Origin: Candidatus Saccharibacteria bacterium RIFCSPHIGHO2_12_FULL_47_16b
Lineage (GTDB): Bacteria > Patescibacteriota > Saccharimonadia > Saccharimonadales > UBA10212
Length of the DNA stretch: 64,000 nucleotides
Assembly (NCBI GenBank): GCA_001790525.1
Contig: MGCU01000023.1
Span: forward strand, 5,659-69,658
Direction of reading: 5' to 3'
Part shown: positions 9,185 through 19,922 of the stretch, one piece after another
Position numbering within the stretch: position 1 is the first letter of the stretch
Layout: each line of letters starts with the position of its first letter
Position numbers and translations under genes: made by a program
Notes under the pieces: model-generated
What the model was told of the DNA's origin: nothing
Database searches by the model: none
What the model saw: the letters and a program-made list of their open reading frames with translations, nothing else

Positions 9185-10260
9185 TGGAGAGACCGAGAAA
9201 GATAACGGTCGCGGTGACTAACCGGACAATGGTCCGAGCCATCTTCTGGCTGGCTGTCGCCGTGCTTGGTTATAAATTTATCGGCATGGTTTCTCATGTA
9301 CTGACTTTAATCGCCGCGGCTGTCTTTGTGGCTCTAGCGCTTAATCCGGTAGTCAGTGCCATTAGCCGACGCCTGAAAGTTCATAGTCGGATTCGGGCCA
9401 CTGCTTCAGCCTATTTACTGGTGGTGGCAGTTCTAACACTGTTCTTCGTATTAGTTATTCCGCCGCTAGTACAACAAACTCGGGATTTTATTAGAGATGT
9501 TCCGCAAAAAGTTCAGAATTTCCAAGATCAGGATAATAGTCTGTCTCGAGCGGTCAAGCGCTACGATTTAGACGAAAAGTTAAACCAAGCCGCTAAAGAC
9601 TTTGCCTCTAATTACGGTGGCTTTGGCTCCAAATTACTCGATACCGGCCGGCGGGTAGTTGAGGCGCTAGTTTCAGTATTAGTGGTTTTGGTTTTGGCCT
9701 TTATGATGCTAGTTGAGGGTCCGGCCTGGCTAGAAACTTACTTTAAGGTTTTGCCAGAAAGAAAGCGTGAGCATCACCGGCGCCTAGCTCATAAAATCTA
9801 CCGAGCGGTTACAGCCTTCGTCAACGGCCAGGTCATATTAGCTGCCGTGGCTGGTCTGTTTGCTTTTATCGCTCTAGAAATTGCTGGTCAGGTGCTGAAT
9901 ATACCGACTAACGCGGCGGCTTTAGCTGGTATTGTGGCGGTCTTTGGGATCATTCCATTATTTGGCAACCCGATTGCTGCCAGCGTTGTGGTACTGGTTA
10001 GCCTGCTAAATTCAGGGGCTCTAGCTGTCGTCATGGCTATTTACTTCATCGTCTACTTCTTTATTGAAAATCATACCTTCCAACCTTACATCCAATCTAA
10101 GTTAAGTGAACTAACCCCGCTAACGGTCTTTATAGCGGCTTTGATTGGTATTGGCTTTGGCGGAATTTTAGGTGCGATCGTGGCAATTCCGGCAGCTAGC
10201 ACCGTTAAGATCATAATCGAAGATTACGTCCGACGTCGCCGTCAAGTTGTTGGCAGTTAA
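9184..10260 (+). CDS. AI-2E family (PerM/UPF0118) membrane transporter
   Basis: ~8 hydrophobic segments. Size and topology match the AI-2E family. Start overlaps the glycosyltransferase stop. Confidence 0.55.
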   Translation: MERPRKITVAVTNRTMVRAIFWLAVAVLGYKFIGMVSHVLTLIAAAVFVALALNPVVSAISRRLKVHSRIRATASAYLLVVAVLTLFFVLVIPPLVQQTRDFIRDVPQKVQNFQDQDNSLSRAVKRYDLDEKLNQAAKDFASNYGGFGSKLLDTGRRVVEALVSVLVVLVLAFMMLVEGPAWLETYFKVLPERKREHHRRLAHKIYRAVTAFVNGQVILAAVAGLFAFIALEIAGQVLNIPTNAAALAGIVAVFGIIPLFGNPIAASVVVLVSLLNSGALAVVMAIYFIVYFFIENHTFQPYIQSKLSELTPLTVFIAALIGIGFGGILGAIVAIPAASTVKIIIEDYVRRRRQVVGS

Positions 10261-11627
10261 GCTCGATACCAAATTGGACCAAGTTCTGTATCGTTAAGTT
10301 CAATTTTTTGACTTTTTAACTGCTGACGCAGCTCATCAGCTTTGGCCCAGTTTTTTGAAACTCTAGCCTCTTCCCGCTTCGTAATAAGTTGTTTTTGCTC
10401 TGGTGTGATATCGTTTGATTTGAGAAGTTCAAGACCGAAAACCAAATCTAAGAATTCAAGAAATTGATTTAGCTGATTTAGGGTTCGAGTTGGATCAACG
10501 CCGCTACTGCCGACTAAGTCAATTATTTTGTCCAGTTTAGCTAGGGCGGTTGGTGTAGCGAGATCGTTAGATAAATCTGCTAAGATCGACTCTTGTTGCT
10601 CGGTAAAATAATCATCGGGGGTTGAGGTAGCACCCGGCTGGGTTTGAAAACGTAAATCGGCAAAAGCTTGTAGACTTTTAAGGTTAGTTTGAGCGGCGCC
10701 AATCGAATCCCAGGTAAAGTTCAACTGGCTGCGGTAGTGGGCTTGCAGAAATAATAGACGCAGAGCTATCGGATCAAAACCTTTAGCGATGACATCCTCG
10801 AGAGTCAGAAAATTATTTAGACTTTTACTCATTTTTCGACCATCGACTAAAAGATGTTCAGCATGGACGAAAAAGCTGGCCAACTCCTTACCAGTGGCCG
10901 CCCGGCTTTGGGCGATTTCATTTTCGTGATGGGGGAACTTCAAATCGACACCGCCAGTATGAATATCAAAAGGCTGGCCGAGATACTTTACTGACATGGC
11001 TGAACATTCAATATGCCAGCCCGGCCTTCCTTCTATATTTTTGCCATCGATCTTGAAGTCCCAGCTAGGTTCGTCTGGCTTTTTAGCTTTCCAGAGGGCA
11101 AAGTCGGCCACGTGCTCTTTATCATATTCATCGTTATTAATTCGGTGGTGCTGGTGGCTACGATCAAGTGTCACAAACCGTCCATAATCTTTATAGTTAC
11201 CTATGTCAAAATAGACGCCATCATCCTCAATATACCTATTGGGAATTTGACGTATTAGTTCCTGCATCTCGGTAATCGCTTGACTGGCCCGAATCAGCTT
11301 AGATTCGTGTAGATCTATCCTTATCTTGGAAATGTCTTTGAGGAATATTTTTTCGTATTTCGCAGTCAAAATCTTGAAGTCTTGATTAGTCTGATTGGCT
11401 CGGGCAAAGATTTTGTCTTCAATATCAGTGATGTTCATAACGTGCTTAACCCCATAACCAGTAGCCTTGAGTGCGCGTCGTAACGTGTCTTCGAAAACAT
11501 AAGTTCGTAAATTCCCAATATGGACATGGTCATAAACCGTTGGGCCGCAGGTATAAAGTAAAACCTGACCCTTTTTAATGGGCGAAAATTCTTCTATTTT
11601 TTGAGTCAGGCTATTAAATAGTTTCAC
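10257..11627 (-). CDS. cysS: cysteinyl-tRNA synthetase
   Basis: Class I HIGH (HIGNLRTY) and KMSKS (KMSKSLNN) motifs plus the CysRS C-terminal domain. Confidence 0.9.
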   Translation of the reverse strand: MKLFNSLTQKIEEFSPIKKGQVLLYTCGPTVYDHVHIGNLRTYVFEDTLRRALKATGYGVKHVMNITDIEDKIFARANQTNQDFKILTAKYEKIFLKDISKIRIDLHESKLIRASQAITEMQELIRQIPNRYIEDDGVYFDIGNYKDYGRFVTLDRSHQHHRINNDEYDKEHVADFALWKAKKPDEPSWDFKIDGKNIEGRPGWHIECSAMSVKYLGQPFDIHTGGVDLKFPHHENEIAQSRAATGKELASFFVHAEHLLVDGRKMSKSLNNFLTLEDVIAKGFDPIALRLLFLQAHYRSQLNFTWDSIGAAQTNLKSLQAFADLRFQTQPGATSTPDDYFTEQQESILADLSNDLATPTALAKLDKIIDLVGSSGVDPTRTLNQLNQFLEFLDLVFGLELLKSNDITPEQKQLITKREEARVSKNWAKADELRQQLKSQKIELNDTELGPIWYRA

Positions 11628-12636
11628 CGGCCTTCTCTTTTTCGCTTTCGTCTAACAACTTGGTGGCAATCTTAATAGTTTCTACCTTAATTTCATCAAA
11701 AGCTCGACCGTTAGTAATTTTAAAACCGGCGGCTAGGGGATGGCCGCCACCGCCAAAATGCTCGGCTAACTTATCGGCAATGCCGTAGCCATAGTTAGAG
11801 CGGATTTTGGCTGTTATTTTACTAGCTTTATATTTTTTAAAACAAATGGCCACTTCAGTATTTTTAGCTAGTCGCATGTCATCAATGACGAGCATTGGTG
11901 GATTGTAAAGCGGACTATAGCGCTCAATTTCTTCCCATGGGATTGTGACAGTAGCAATACGTTCATCGCTATGAAACTCAACGCGCTTTAGCAGCTCGCC
12001 TTTATAGTGGATTAGCTCGGCCTCACGCCGCAACGTCTCGCGTCTAGCGCTTTCCAGCTCGGGCAGCTTAACGCCTTTTTCGACCAATTCGGCAATGATA
12101 TGAATCGAGCGGGCGGTGGTTGAAGCACTCATCAGCCCCAAGCTATCGCTTAATATAGCCACGGCGATTAAATCCATGGCTTCGCGGTCAAGTTGCCAGT
12201 TCAACTTATCCGCCAGTTCATAGATTATTTCGCCGGTGGCCACGGCTGCGGGTCGATAAATAACATCAGCTAACGAAATACTGGCGTCAGAAGCGTGGTG
12301 GTCGAGTACGATGACCGGCCTAGCCGCCAACCATGGCTTAGTGCCGCTTTTACTAAGCTGCTCGAGCAAATCTTCCGAAGCTGTATCAACGATGATTGCC
12401 CCGTCAAAATTTTTAGGTAGTTCTTTAAGTACCCTACCCCAACCTGGCAAATAATGAAGGTAACTTGGTAAATCGACACCACAATAGAGACTTACTTTTT
12501 TGCCCTGATTCTCCAAGATAGACTCTAAGGCCAGAGCGCTGGCCAGAGAATCGGCATCCGGATTGTCGGCTTGAATTATGACAATCTGCTTGGCGTCGTT
12601 AATAATTTGGCGGATTTTAGCCGGTTCGTCAGACAT
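11614..12636 (-). CDS. DHH/DHHA1 phosphoesterase (NrnA-like nanoRNase/pAp phosphatase)
   Basis: DHH motif (VLDHHASD) and DHHA1 GGGGH motif. Confidence 0.7.
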   Translation of the reverse strand: MSDEPAKIRQIINDAKQIVIIQADNPDADSLASALALESILENQGKKVSLYCGVDLPSYLHYLPGWGRVLKELPKNFDGAIIVDTASEDLLEQLSKSGTKPWLAARPVIVLDHHASDASISLADVIYRPAAVATGEIIYELADKLNWQLDREAMDLIAVAILSDSLGLMSASTTARSIHIIAELVEKGVKLPELESARRETLRREAELIHYKGELLKRVEFHSDERIATVTIPWEEIERYSPLYNPPMLVIDDMRLAKNTEVAICFKKYKASKITAKIRSNYGYGIADKLAEHFGGGGHPLAAGFKITNGRAFDEIKVETIKIATKLLDESEKEKAGETI

Positions 12637-12689
12637 ATTTAGAGTATAAACTTCAATACTTGTAACATCTAGTTTCTAAATTCCAGATT
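12637..12689 (-). repeat. AT-rich TTCTAAA/TTTAGAA intergenic repeat (family 1)
   Basis: TAGTTTCTAAATTCCAGATTCTAAATTTTTT between the recR stop and the start of the DHH gene. Confidence 0.5.
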
Positions 12690-13298
12690 CTAAATTTTTT
12701 GTCGGCCTTCTAAAGCCCGTGTCAATGTAATCTGATCGGCGTATTCAAGATCTAAACCAACCGGCAGCCCCCTGGCCAGGCGGGTAATTTTAATTTTACG
12801 TTTGTTTAATTTTTGGGCGATTAATAAAGTTGTGCTTTCGCCTTCGACGCTAGCGTTAGTCGCCAATATTAGTTCAGATACTTTATCTTCATCGACTCGC
12901 TTAATTAGTTCTTTAATTCGCAATTGATCCGGGTCGACGCCCTCAATCGGCGATACTAGACCGCCCAGCACATGGTAGGTTCCATTAAAAGTGCCAGTTT
13001 TTTCAATAGCCATGATATCAAAAGGGTCGGCCACAACCGCCACCAGTTTTTTATCTCGCTTGGGGTCTAGGTAGAGAGAGCTAACGGTCTGTGAAGAGTC
13101 AATCAGGGCAAATGTTTTTGGGCAGTATTTAATTTTGGCGTGGAGCAGAGTTAGGGCGGATGCTAGTTGGGTTGATTTGGCCGGATCGGCTTTTAGTAAA
13201 AAATAAGCATAACGTTCGGCCGTGCGCGGGCCGACACCGGGTAGAGCAGCTATGGCCTCGATCAGCTGGGCCAGCGGCGGCGGAATAACACTTCTCAC
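12690..13298 (-). CDS. recR: recombination protein RecR
   Basis: HhH N-terminus (LPGVGPRTAER) and Toprim domain. Classic dnaX-ybaB-recR neighbourhood. Confidence 0.85.
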   Translation of the reverse strand: MRSVIPPPLAQLIEAIAALPGVGPRTAERYAYFLLKADPAKSTQLASALTLLHAKIKYCPKTFALIDSSQTVSSLYLDPKRDKKLVAVVADPFDIMAIEKTGTFNGTYHVLGGLVSPIEGVDPDQLRIKELIKRVDEDKVSELILATNASVEGESTTLLIAQKLNKRKIKITRLARGLPVGLDLEYADQITLTRALEGRQKI

Positions 13299-13591
13299 AG
13301 CCCCAATCCGCTTAAGGCGCCCATCATCGGTTTCATCTTTTCGGCTGCAAGTTGCTGCGATTTAGTAATAGCTTCTTTAACTGCGTCTTCCAACCACATC
13401 TCAAGTTGTTCAATGTCATCAAGATTGACCCTCTCTGGGTCGATGTCGATTCTTTTAATTTTCTGTTCACCGGAAATTTCGATTCTGACAGCCCCGTCAC
13501 CGGCTTCGACTGTAATAATTTCCCGCTGTAACTCTTTTTGTAGTTTACGAGCCTTCATTAGCAATTTCGCCTGGTCGAATTTAGTCACCAT
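13295..13591 (-). CDS. ybaB: nucleoid-associated protein YbaB/EbfC
   Basis: 98-aa YbaB-like sequence. Overlaps the recR start by 4 nt. Confidence 0.85.
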   Translation of the reverse strand: MVTKFDQAKLLMKARKLQKELQREIITVEAGDGAVRIEISGEQKIKRIDIDPERVNLDDIEQLEMWLEDAVKEAITKSQQLAAEKMKPMMGALSGLGL

Positions 13592-13676
13592 ATACTCCTT
13601 TTAGTCGCTCGATTAACAAAAAACAAAGAACAATAAACAAAAATGATTGTTGCTTATTGCTGATTGCTCATTGTCA

Positions 13677-14855
13677 TCATTTTATCACGTAAATCATTCG
13701 CGTTTCGGGCGTATTCGGCCAAGCTAACAACGAATAATTAAAGCCATAAATTAAATGAATGAGAGATAGTGCCAAGATTAAAACGTAGGCAAAGTTTCTT
13801 GGGATGGGATTTTTCGGAAATACATTTTGCCACTCCAAATACAAAAAACGTAGGCCAGCTGAGGCAATAACGGCTAGTGGCGTAAGTGCAAAGATCAGAA
13901 ATATAGACAGGTTGTTTAATCCAGAAAAGATGACGGCGCCTATTACCATACAAAGCAGCCAGTATAATTTTTTGCGAGACGATGATTGCATGGCATAAAC
14001 ACCGAAAATCATTAAAACAGACACTAGTGTGGTAAGAATCGGTAACCGCCCAATAATAAATTCCATTTGTTCCTTGGCACGAACAAATAAAGTCAATACT
14101 GACCAGCCAATATTTTTTAGAAAATCGGTTACGGTTGGTAAATCGTTCGGGATAAGAGCTAATGATTTTAGCAGATTAGGGCTAACCACCAGACTGTAAA
14201 TAAGCGGTGACAAAATTAGAACAGACAATAAAAAGCCGCCCATAAAAGTCAACTTACTGAGCCGTTTGACATTGAACCAGAGAATCTTACGGCTGACGAT
14301 TAAAGCTGCCAGGAACAGCCAGATTAGGCCGGGTATATAGAGACTGGCGGCAATAATAAAACAAAATACCAACCAAGCTATGTTCACTCTATTTTTGGTT
14401 CTAGCTAGCCAATAATAACTGGCCAAAACTAAAACCGGTGACAGAAACAGGATGAATGGAGTGCCGCTGCGGCCAAAAATAATAGTCCAAGGTAAAGATG
14501 CGAAGATGATCGTTGCAGCTAGAGCGATAATTTTACCGAACCATTTGGCGCTAATCAAGTAAAAACAGACGATAAAAAGCACTGCCAAAATAACAGAGGT
14601 CAATCGCAGACTAAAGGCCGAAAATTCAAATAAATTCTGCAAGCCATACTGAATTAGCTTATGCGGACCATACAATGGATTATCAATAATCGCCTTAATT
14701 GAGGAGCTGTTGCCGGCAGCTGTAGTTTCACTATTACTAAGACCAAGATAATCTAATCGCCAGATAAATAATAAATAAAAAAGGCCGCTGCTCAGAACTA
14801 TGAAAAAGACTAACCGAGGGTTTATTTTTGTCAGCCGCCCTAACCGACTTAGCAT
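13677..14855 (-). CDS. polytopic membrane protein (possibly a GT-C-type glycosyltransferase)
   Basis: ~11 predicted TM helices with aromatic-rich loops. No diagnostic motif identified. Confidence 0.45.
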   Translation of the reverse strand: MLSRLGRLTKINPRLVFFIVLSSGLFYLLFIWRLDYLGLSNSETTAAGNSSSIKAIIDNPLYGPHKLIQYGLQNLFEFSAFSLRLTSVILAVLFIVCFYLISAKWFGKIIALAATIIFASLPWTIIFGRSGTPFILFLSPVLVLASYYWLARTKNRVNIAWLVFCFIIAASLYIPGLIWLFLAALIVSRKILWFNVKRLSKLTFMGGFLLSVLILSPLIYSLVVSPNLLKSLALIPNDLPTVTDFLKNIGWSVLTLFVRAKEQMEFIIGRLPILTTLVSVLMIFGVYAMQSSSRKKLYWLLCMVIGAVIFSGLNNLSIFLIFALTPLAVIASAGLRFLYLEWQNVFPKNPIPRNFAYVLILALSLIHLIYGFNYSLLAWPNTPETRMIYVIK

Positions 14856-14875
14856 GTAGCTAAGTATAACAAAGG

Positions 14876-16246
14876 TTAGGTTTCGAAAGGTTCTTCGTGC
14901 TTAGTGTCTAAATCTCGTATCTGCTGTCTAACACGGTCGAAATAGACTTCCAAGTTAGCCACCGGACCATTGCGGTGCTTCTTGACCATTAGATCCATAA
15001 TGTTTTGCCGTCCGGTATCTGGGTTATAGTACTCTTCGCGGTATAAAAAGACGACTATGTCAGCATCCTGCTCAATTGAACCCGATTCGCGCAAGTCGGC
15101 CAGTTGCGGTATTTGCGGGCTTCGGCTTTCAACGGAGCGAGAAAGCTGAGAAGCTGCCACTACCGGAACATTTAATTCTCGGGCTAGGATTTTCAAACTC
15201 CGGCTGATCTCGGAAATCTCTTGGACGCGGTTGGCCACCGTCGCAAAGCGCGATCCGCCACTCATCAGCTGTAAATAATCAACCATAATGACCGAAAGGG
15301 GGTGCTGATGATGCAACCGCCGGGCTTTAGTTCGAAGGTCCGATACTGTAATGCCAGAAGTATCATCAATGTATACAGGCGCTTCCGCTAGCTCGCCCAT
15401 AGCAGTGCTTAACTTTTCAAAATCACTATCAGTTAAACCGTCGCCGGTCCGCAGTTTCCAAGCATCGACTCCAGCTTGAGCTGCCAGCAAGCGATCAACC
15501 AACTGCTCCTTACTCATTTCCAGGCTAAAATATAGTACTGTGCCATGTTCAGCTTGGGTGGCAATGTTAAGTGCCATATTAAGCATCAAGGCGGTTTTAC
15601 CCATTGATGGTCGGGCGGCAATCACGTCAAGATCAGACCGTTGTAGGCCAGCCAGCAATTTATCGAGATCGCGCATTCCGGTTGCCAGGCCGCGCAATCG
15701 GCCTTTGTGGCGATGCAGATCATCTAACCTATCAAAACTTTCGCCTAGGATTGATTCCAACGGTGTTATGTCTTGTTTGACACTGCGTTGGGAGACTTCG
15801 AATAGACGAGCTTCGGCTTCTTCGATTAACTCCTGCAGGCTTTTGCCCTCTTGTTGACTGATATTAGCGATTGACTCCGAGGCCTCAATTAGCCGCCGTC
15901 GGATTGATTTTTCGGCCACGATTTCAGCATAGTGTTCGACGTGCGATGAGGTTGGCACAAAGTTAGTCAGTTCGGTCAAGTAACCGGCGCCACCGACATC
16001 ATCTAAATCGCCATTACTTTTAAGTTGCTCGGATAAGGTTAAGATGTCAATTGGTCGGTGTTTTTCGAAAAGTTTACGCATCGAAGCGAAAATTCGTCGG
16101 TGCTGCTCATTAAAAAAATCTTCGGCTTTTATCGAATCAGCAATTTTAATAAAAGCTTCGCTATCGATTATTAAACTACCAAGTAAGCTGGCTTCAGCGT
16201 CAGCACTTTGCGGAACGGATGTTTTTTTAGCGTCCATCAGACGCAC
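14876..16246 (-). CDS. dnaB: replicative DNA helicase DnaB
   Basis: DnaB N-domain plus RecA-like domain with Walker A (ARPSMGKTA) and GLATGMRDLD. Confidence 0.9.
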   Translation of the reverse strand: MRLMDAKKTSVPQSADAEASLLGSLIIDSEAFIKIADSIKAEDFFNEQHRRIFASMRKLFEKHRPIDILTLSEQLKSNGDLDDVGGAGYLTELTNFVPTSSHVEHYAEIVAEKSIRRRLIEASESIANISQQEGKSLQELIEEAEARLFEVSQRSVKQDITPLESILGESFDRLDDLHRHKGRLRGLATGMRDLDKLLAGLQRSDLDVIAARPSMGKTALMLNMALNIATQAEHGTVLYFSLEMSKEQLVDRLLAAQAGVDAWKLRTGDGLTDSDFEKLSTAMGELAEAPVYIDDTSGITVSDLRTKARRLHHQHPLSVIMVDYLQLMSGGSRFATVANRVQEISEISRSLKILARELNVPVVAASQLSRSVESRSPQIPQLADLRESGSIEQDADIVVFLYREEYYNPDTGRQNIMDLMVKKHRNGPVANLEVYFDRVRQQIRDLDTKHEEPFET

Positions 16247-16352
16247 CTTTCGGGCTTAATTCTCAGTTTACAATTTACAGTTTTCATTATTTTTTCATTG
16301 ATAATTGAACATTGATCATAGATCATTGTGAATTGGAGAAATTTCATTGCGA
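16247..16352 (-). repeat. Family-2 intergenic module (TTTACAATTTACAG / CATTGATAATTG / GAGAAATTTCATTGCGAC palindrome at the dnaX stop)
   Basis: Direct repeats TTACAATTTACA and CATTGA tandems. Palindrome GCAATgaaATTTC-type adjacent to the upstream stop codon. Confidence 0.55.
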
Positions 16353-17777
16353 CTATGATTCTAGCATCTCAGCCGGACCGAAAATATTGCTTATGGTTTG
16401 ATAATTGTCGGTCGAATCCTGAGTGAGTGTCTGTCGATGTTCAATCGGCGCGGTGGCATCTTTTTCGACTACACAGTCGATAGTCACAGAATTACCGGAT
16501 ATTTCTTTTATAATCTTGGCTAAACGTTGGATGTTATCGGCCTGCTTGACTTTATTAAGATGAAACGGAAAGGCAAAAGCTAGTCGTAAAACTCCGTTTT
16601 TGTAAGAAGGCGCCGCTAGTCGTAAAGCCGAATGGAGCGACCCGGCTTGATCTTTAACTGCTTGCAGAATTTTTGGCCAAATTTCCAGCGAGAAGATATT
16701 TGGATTGTCTTTTATTCTTGGCGGCTTTTTGACATTCGGCGAAGTTAGCTGAGCGGCAACTTCAACTTTGGCTAGCACTGGCTTAATCGGCCTGCTCGGT
16801 TGACTTAATTGGAAGTTCGGTGAGTTGACAGCCGCTTCGAATAGAACAATTTCTAGCTTATCAGCTGGATGTTTAGCAGCCGATACTTCACCGAGTTGTT
16901 TTAAAAGATCGGTTAGCCAAATGGCGTTATCAGCTTTAGCATTAATTAAATCGTCTCTGATTGATCGAGCCATTTGATTAGCAACGTAGACTGAATTGAT
17001 GGAGCTGCCTTTAATTTCTTCTATTAACCCGGCAATCTTGGCTAAGTCGGCGCGGTAAGTACTTTGCTTGAGCTGCTCGATTATATATGATGACGGTAGT
17101 CCGAGGAGCTTAAGTATTTTGGCGACGGTTATTTTACCCTTACTAGCACTAAGTTGATCAAGCAGACTAATGCTATCTCTAAAACTGCCTTCACCAAACT
17201 CGGCCAGTAGCTGCAATGCCTCGCGTTCGATAGCCAGTTTTTCTTTAGTAGCGATATTGCTAATATGTTTGGTCGCCTCAACTACCCCAACCGGTTTAAA
17301 GTTAAATCTTTGAGTTCGACTAACAATTGTTTCGGGTAGTTTATGCGGTTCGGTGGTAGCTAGGATAAAAATACAATGAGCCGGCGGTTCCTCCAGGGTC
17401 TTAAGCAGGGCATTGAAAGCTTCTTTGGTTAGCATGTGCACTTCGTCGATGATATAGACTTTGTATTTAGCCACAGTTGGCACGGTACTGACCTTGTCTC
17501 GTAAATCACGGATTTCATCAATCCGACGGTTACTGGCCGCATCAATTTCGATGATATCAAGATGAACCGTCTCACCACTGTAGGGTAGTTGGTTGACTTC
17601 GTGAGCTAGGATTCTAGCGACGCTGGTTTTGCCGACTCCGCGAGGGCCAGAAAATAAGTAGGCATGGCTAATTCGGCCGTCTTTGACAGCTTTAGCCAAG
17701 GTCTCGATAACAGCTGATTGACCAACCACTTCAGCAAATTTACGTGGTCTGTATTTGCGATATAAAGCCTGCCCCAT
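16353..17777 (-). CDS. dnaX: DNA polymerase III subunit gamma/tau
   Basis: AAA+ clamp-loader motifs (GPRGVGKT, SRTQRF-like SRC) plus C-terminal domains. Confidence 0.85.
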   Translation of the reverse strand: MGQALYRKYRPRKFAEVVGQSAVIETLAKAVKDGRISHAYLFSGPRGVGKTSVARILAHEVNQLPYSGETVHLDIIEIDAASNRRIDEIRDLRDKVSTVPTVAKYKVYIIDEVHMLTKEAFNALLKTLEEPPAHCIFILATTEPHKLPETIVSRTQRFNFKPVGVVEATKHISNIATKEKLAIEREALQLLAEFGEGSFRDSISLLDQLSASKGKITVAKILKLLGLPSSYIIEQLKQSTYRADLAKIAGLIEEIKGSSINSVYVANQMARSIRDDLINAKADNAIWLTDLLKQLGEVSAAKHPADKLEIVLFEAAVNSPNFQLSQPSRPIKPVLAKVEVAAQLTSPNVKKPPRIKDNPNIFSLEIWPKILQAVKDQAGSLHSALRLAAPSYKNGVLRLAFAFPFHLNKVKQADNIQRLAKIIKEISGNSVTIDCVVEKDATAPIEHRQTLTQDSTDNYQTISNIFGPAEMLES

Positions 17778-17852
17778 ATGCTTATATTATAACTTCTAGG
17801 CTTAGGCTTGATTGTTGTGATTCTTGCTAAGCTAAAGCCTATGTTAAGCCGC

Positions 17853-18365
17853 CTAAAGAGCGGCTTCTAGAGCAGCCCATTCGGTATTAACGCTGTCGTC
17901 AGCCGGAATATTGACACTAACTTGATCACCGGGCTTTGCTTTAAAATAGGTCACCGACGCTAATAATACGCGGTACTGTTTTTTACCAACGTCTACGTAA
18001 TAATGACCATCCTTCTGACTTAGGAGACCAACTACTTGTTTACGTGGAATTGGCCCGATTTGCTTATACATAAAAGCCCCGTCATCACCGATAGTAAGTT
18101 TTAAAATGTCGCCTTGGACCAGCTTAGATTTTGAAGCATAATTGGCCGGTACAGGATATGTCTTGCCGTCGGAACCAACCATATTTTGACCGTCAAATAC
18201 GCCTTCAATAACCTTGCCGAGAGAGTCTTCCTTAACTTTTTTGGTTAGCACTTTATCGTCACCGACTAAACTAACCAATAGTTCCTTAGCTGCGGCCAAG
18301 GAAGTTTCAGCTTCAGTAATCAAAGCTTTCAGACGTTTGACCTGTTTTTCTGGTATATCTGTCAT
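17853..18365 (-). CDS. hypothetical protein
   Basis: 170-aa ORF with coherent codon usage between rplL and dnaX. No recognisable motif. Confidence 0.45.
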   Translation of the reverse strand: MTDIPEKQVKRLKALITEAETSLAAAKELLVSLVGDDKVLTKKVKEDSLGKVIEGVFDGQNMVGSDGKTYPVPANYASKSKLVQGDILKLTIGDDGAFMYKQIGPIPRKQVVGLLSQKDGHYYVDVGKKQYRVLLASVTYFKAKPGDQVSVNIPADDSVNTEWAALEAAL

Positions 18366-18576
18366 TTTGTTTACGTTTTACCTCTTAAGTCTCACATTCA
18401 CGTATTTGTTTGAATTTAAGACTCTTAATCGCAATCGTACCATAGGTGTTTATGATCGTCAAAGTGTCAAGCGAATTCTTGTGGATAATTTTTTTATTCG
18501 TAGGCGGTGTCTAACTTGGCGTCAAGCCAGGTTGCATATAAAAAATATCCAAAGACTATGTAATCGTTCGTATTTA

Positions 18577-19179
18577 CTAGCTTAGTTCGACTGTCGCGCC
18601 AGCTTCTTCCAGGGCCTTTTTCGCCTCTTCGGCTTCGTCTTTTTTGACTTTTTCTTTGACTGGCTTGGGGGCGGCGTCAACAATGGCTTTAGCTTCACCA
18701 AGACCTAGTCCTGTAACGTCTTTGACCGCTTTAATTACGGCGACTTTTTGCGAACCGGGGTCTTTAAGGATGACGTCAAACTCACTTTTTTCTTCAGCGG
18801 CGGGACTGCCGGCTTCACCGCCGGCTGCTGGTGCTGCCACGGCACTAACTGGCGCAACGGCACTAACTCCCCAGTGTTCCTCCAAAACTTTGATAAACTT
18901 GCTTACTTCTAGGGCGCTCAGTTTATCGAGTTCTTTGACCAGGCCTTCAAACTCTTTCGGAATTTCAAGCTTGGCTTTAGCTGGTTTTTCTTCTGGTTTT
19001 GGCTTGGAGTCTGCCTTAACCTCTGTCTTTGGTGCTTCAGCCGGGGCTTCTTCCTTAGTATGAGCCTCGGCCGGTGCGTCGGCGACTTTTTCGGTTGCCT
19101 CTACAGCCGTTTCAGCTTTCATTTCTTCCTTAACTTTTTCTTCTGACTTAGTTGCCTTTTCGGCTTCTTCGTTTGCCAT
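18577..19179 (-). CDS. rplL: 50S ribosomal protein L7/L12 with ~75-aa acidic/lysine-rich N-terminal extension
   Basis: L12 N-terminal dimerisation segment [16 protein letters not shown] and C-terminal domain [17 protein letters not shown]. Preceded by an E/K/A/P-rich low-complexity extension. Confidence 0.85.
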   Translation of the reverse strand: MANEEAEKATKSEEKVKEEMKAETAVEATEKVADAPAEAHTKEEAPAEAPKTEVKADSKPKPEEKPAKAKLEIPKEFEGLVKELDKLSALEVSKFIKVLEEHWGVSAVAPVSAVAAPAAGGEAGSPAAEEKSEFDVILKDPGSQKVAVIKAVKDVTGLGLGEAKAIVDAAPKPVKEKVKKDEAEEAKKALEEAGATVELS

Positions 19180-19204
19180 CTTAGTTCTCCTTCATTTAGT
19201 TAAT

Positions 19205-19735
19205 TTAGGTTGTTTGACTTGCTCGGGCTTTGAGTAAGTACAATATCCGACGATTACTAGCTGATAGGACTCCGACTAAATTATTGAACGGTGCTGACAG
19301 CGTAGCGATTAATTGGCCTCGGAGTTGTTCCTTTGTCGGCAAGCTGGCTAGCATTACTAAATCGCTAGATTCGATTATTTGACCGTCGGAGTTGAGGGCG
19401 GCTACTAATTCAATCTGCGGATTGGTTTTGGCAAAATTAGCCAAGGCTTGAGCTGGGGCCACTTCATCGTCAGGATTAAAAGCAAAGACTAGCTGTCCGC
19501 TTAACGGCATAGATTCGGCTGCAACCTTAAAGCCGCTATCGATTAAAGCTCTTTTAAACAACCGATTTTTAACTACCATTATGGTAGTTCCGCTGTCTTT
19601 GGCCTGGTGTCGTAGCTGCAGCATTTGTGTCACCTTGGTGCCACTATAGTGAGCGGCCACTGTCAATTTTGACGAACTAAGTAGAGATTTAACTTCATCA
19701 ACCACCTGGTTCTTGGATTCTTTAGTCCGAGCCAA
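19205..19735 (-). CDS. rplJ: 50S ribosomal protein L10
   Basis: L10 family. Immediately upstream of rplL. Confidence 0.85.
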   Translation of the reverse strand: MARTKESKNQVVDEVKSLLSSSKLTVAAHYSGTKVTQMLQLRHQAKDSGTTIMVVKNRLFKRALIDSGFKVAAESMPLSGQLVFAFNPDDEVAPAQALANFAKTNPQIELVAALNSDGQIIESSDLVMLASLPTKEQLRGQLIATLSAPFNNLVGVLSASNRRILYLLKARASQTT

Positions 19736-19922
19736 TTTTGTCCTTTCTTAACAGCCATGACAATTAAAAAATCTTTGGCTATTTAAACCAAAGACTGTCT
19801 TAGGCGAAGCTTAATTTACCTCGGTAGCGGATTAAGTTCGGGGTTATCCGGACAGCTACTGTCTTTGGTCTTGCCCGCTATCTTAACATACTCTAGTCTA
19901 GCTAAGCAACTCTTTATTTTTT
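19736..19922 (-). promoter_or_regulatory. rplJ leader with a long-range helix (candidate L10 autoregulatory leader)
   Basis: 187-nt 5' UTR. ACCAAAGACAG...CAGTCTTTGG complementary segments about 90 nt apart, as in L10(L12)4-binding leaders. Confidence 0.35.
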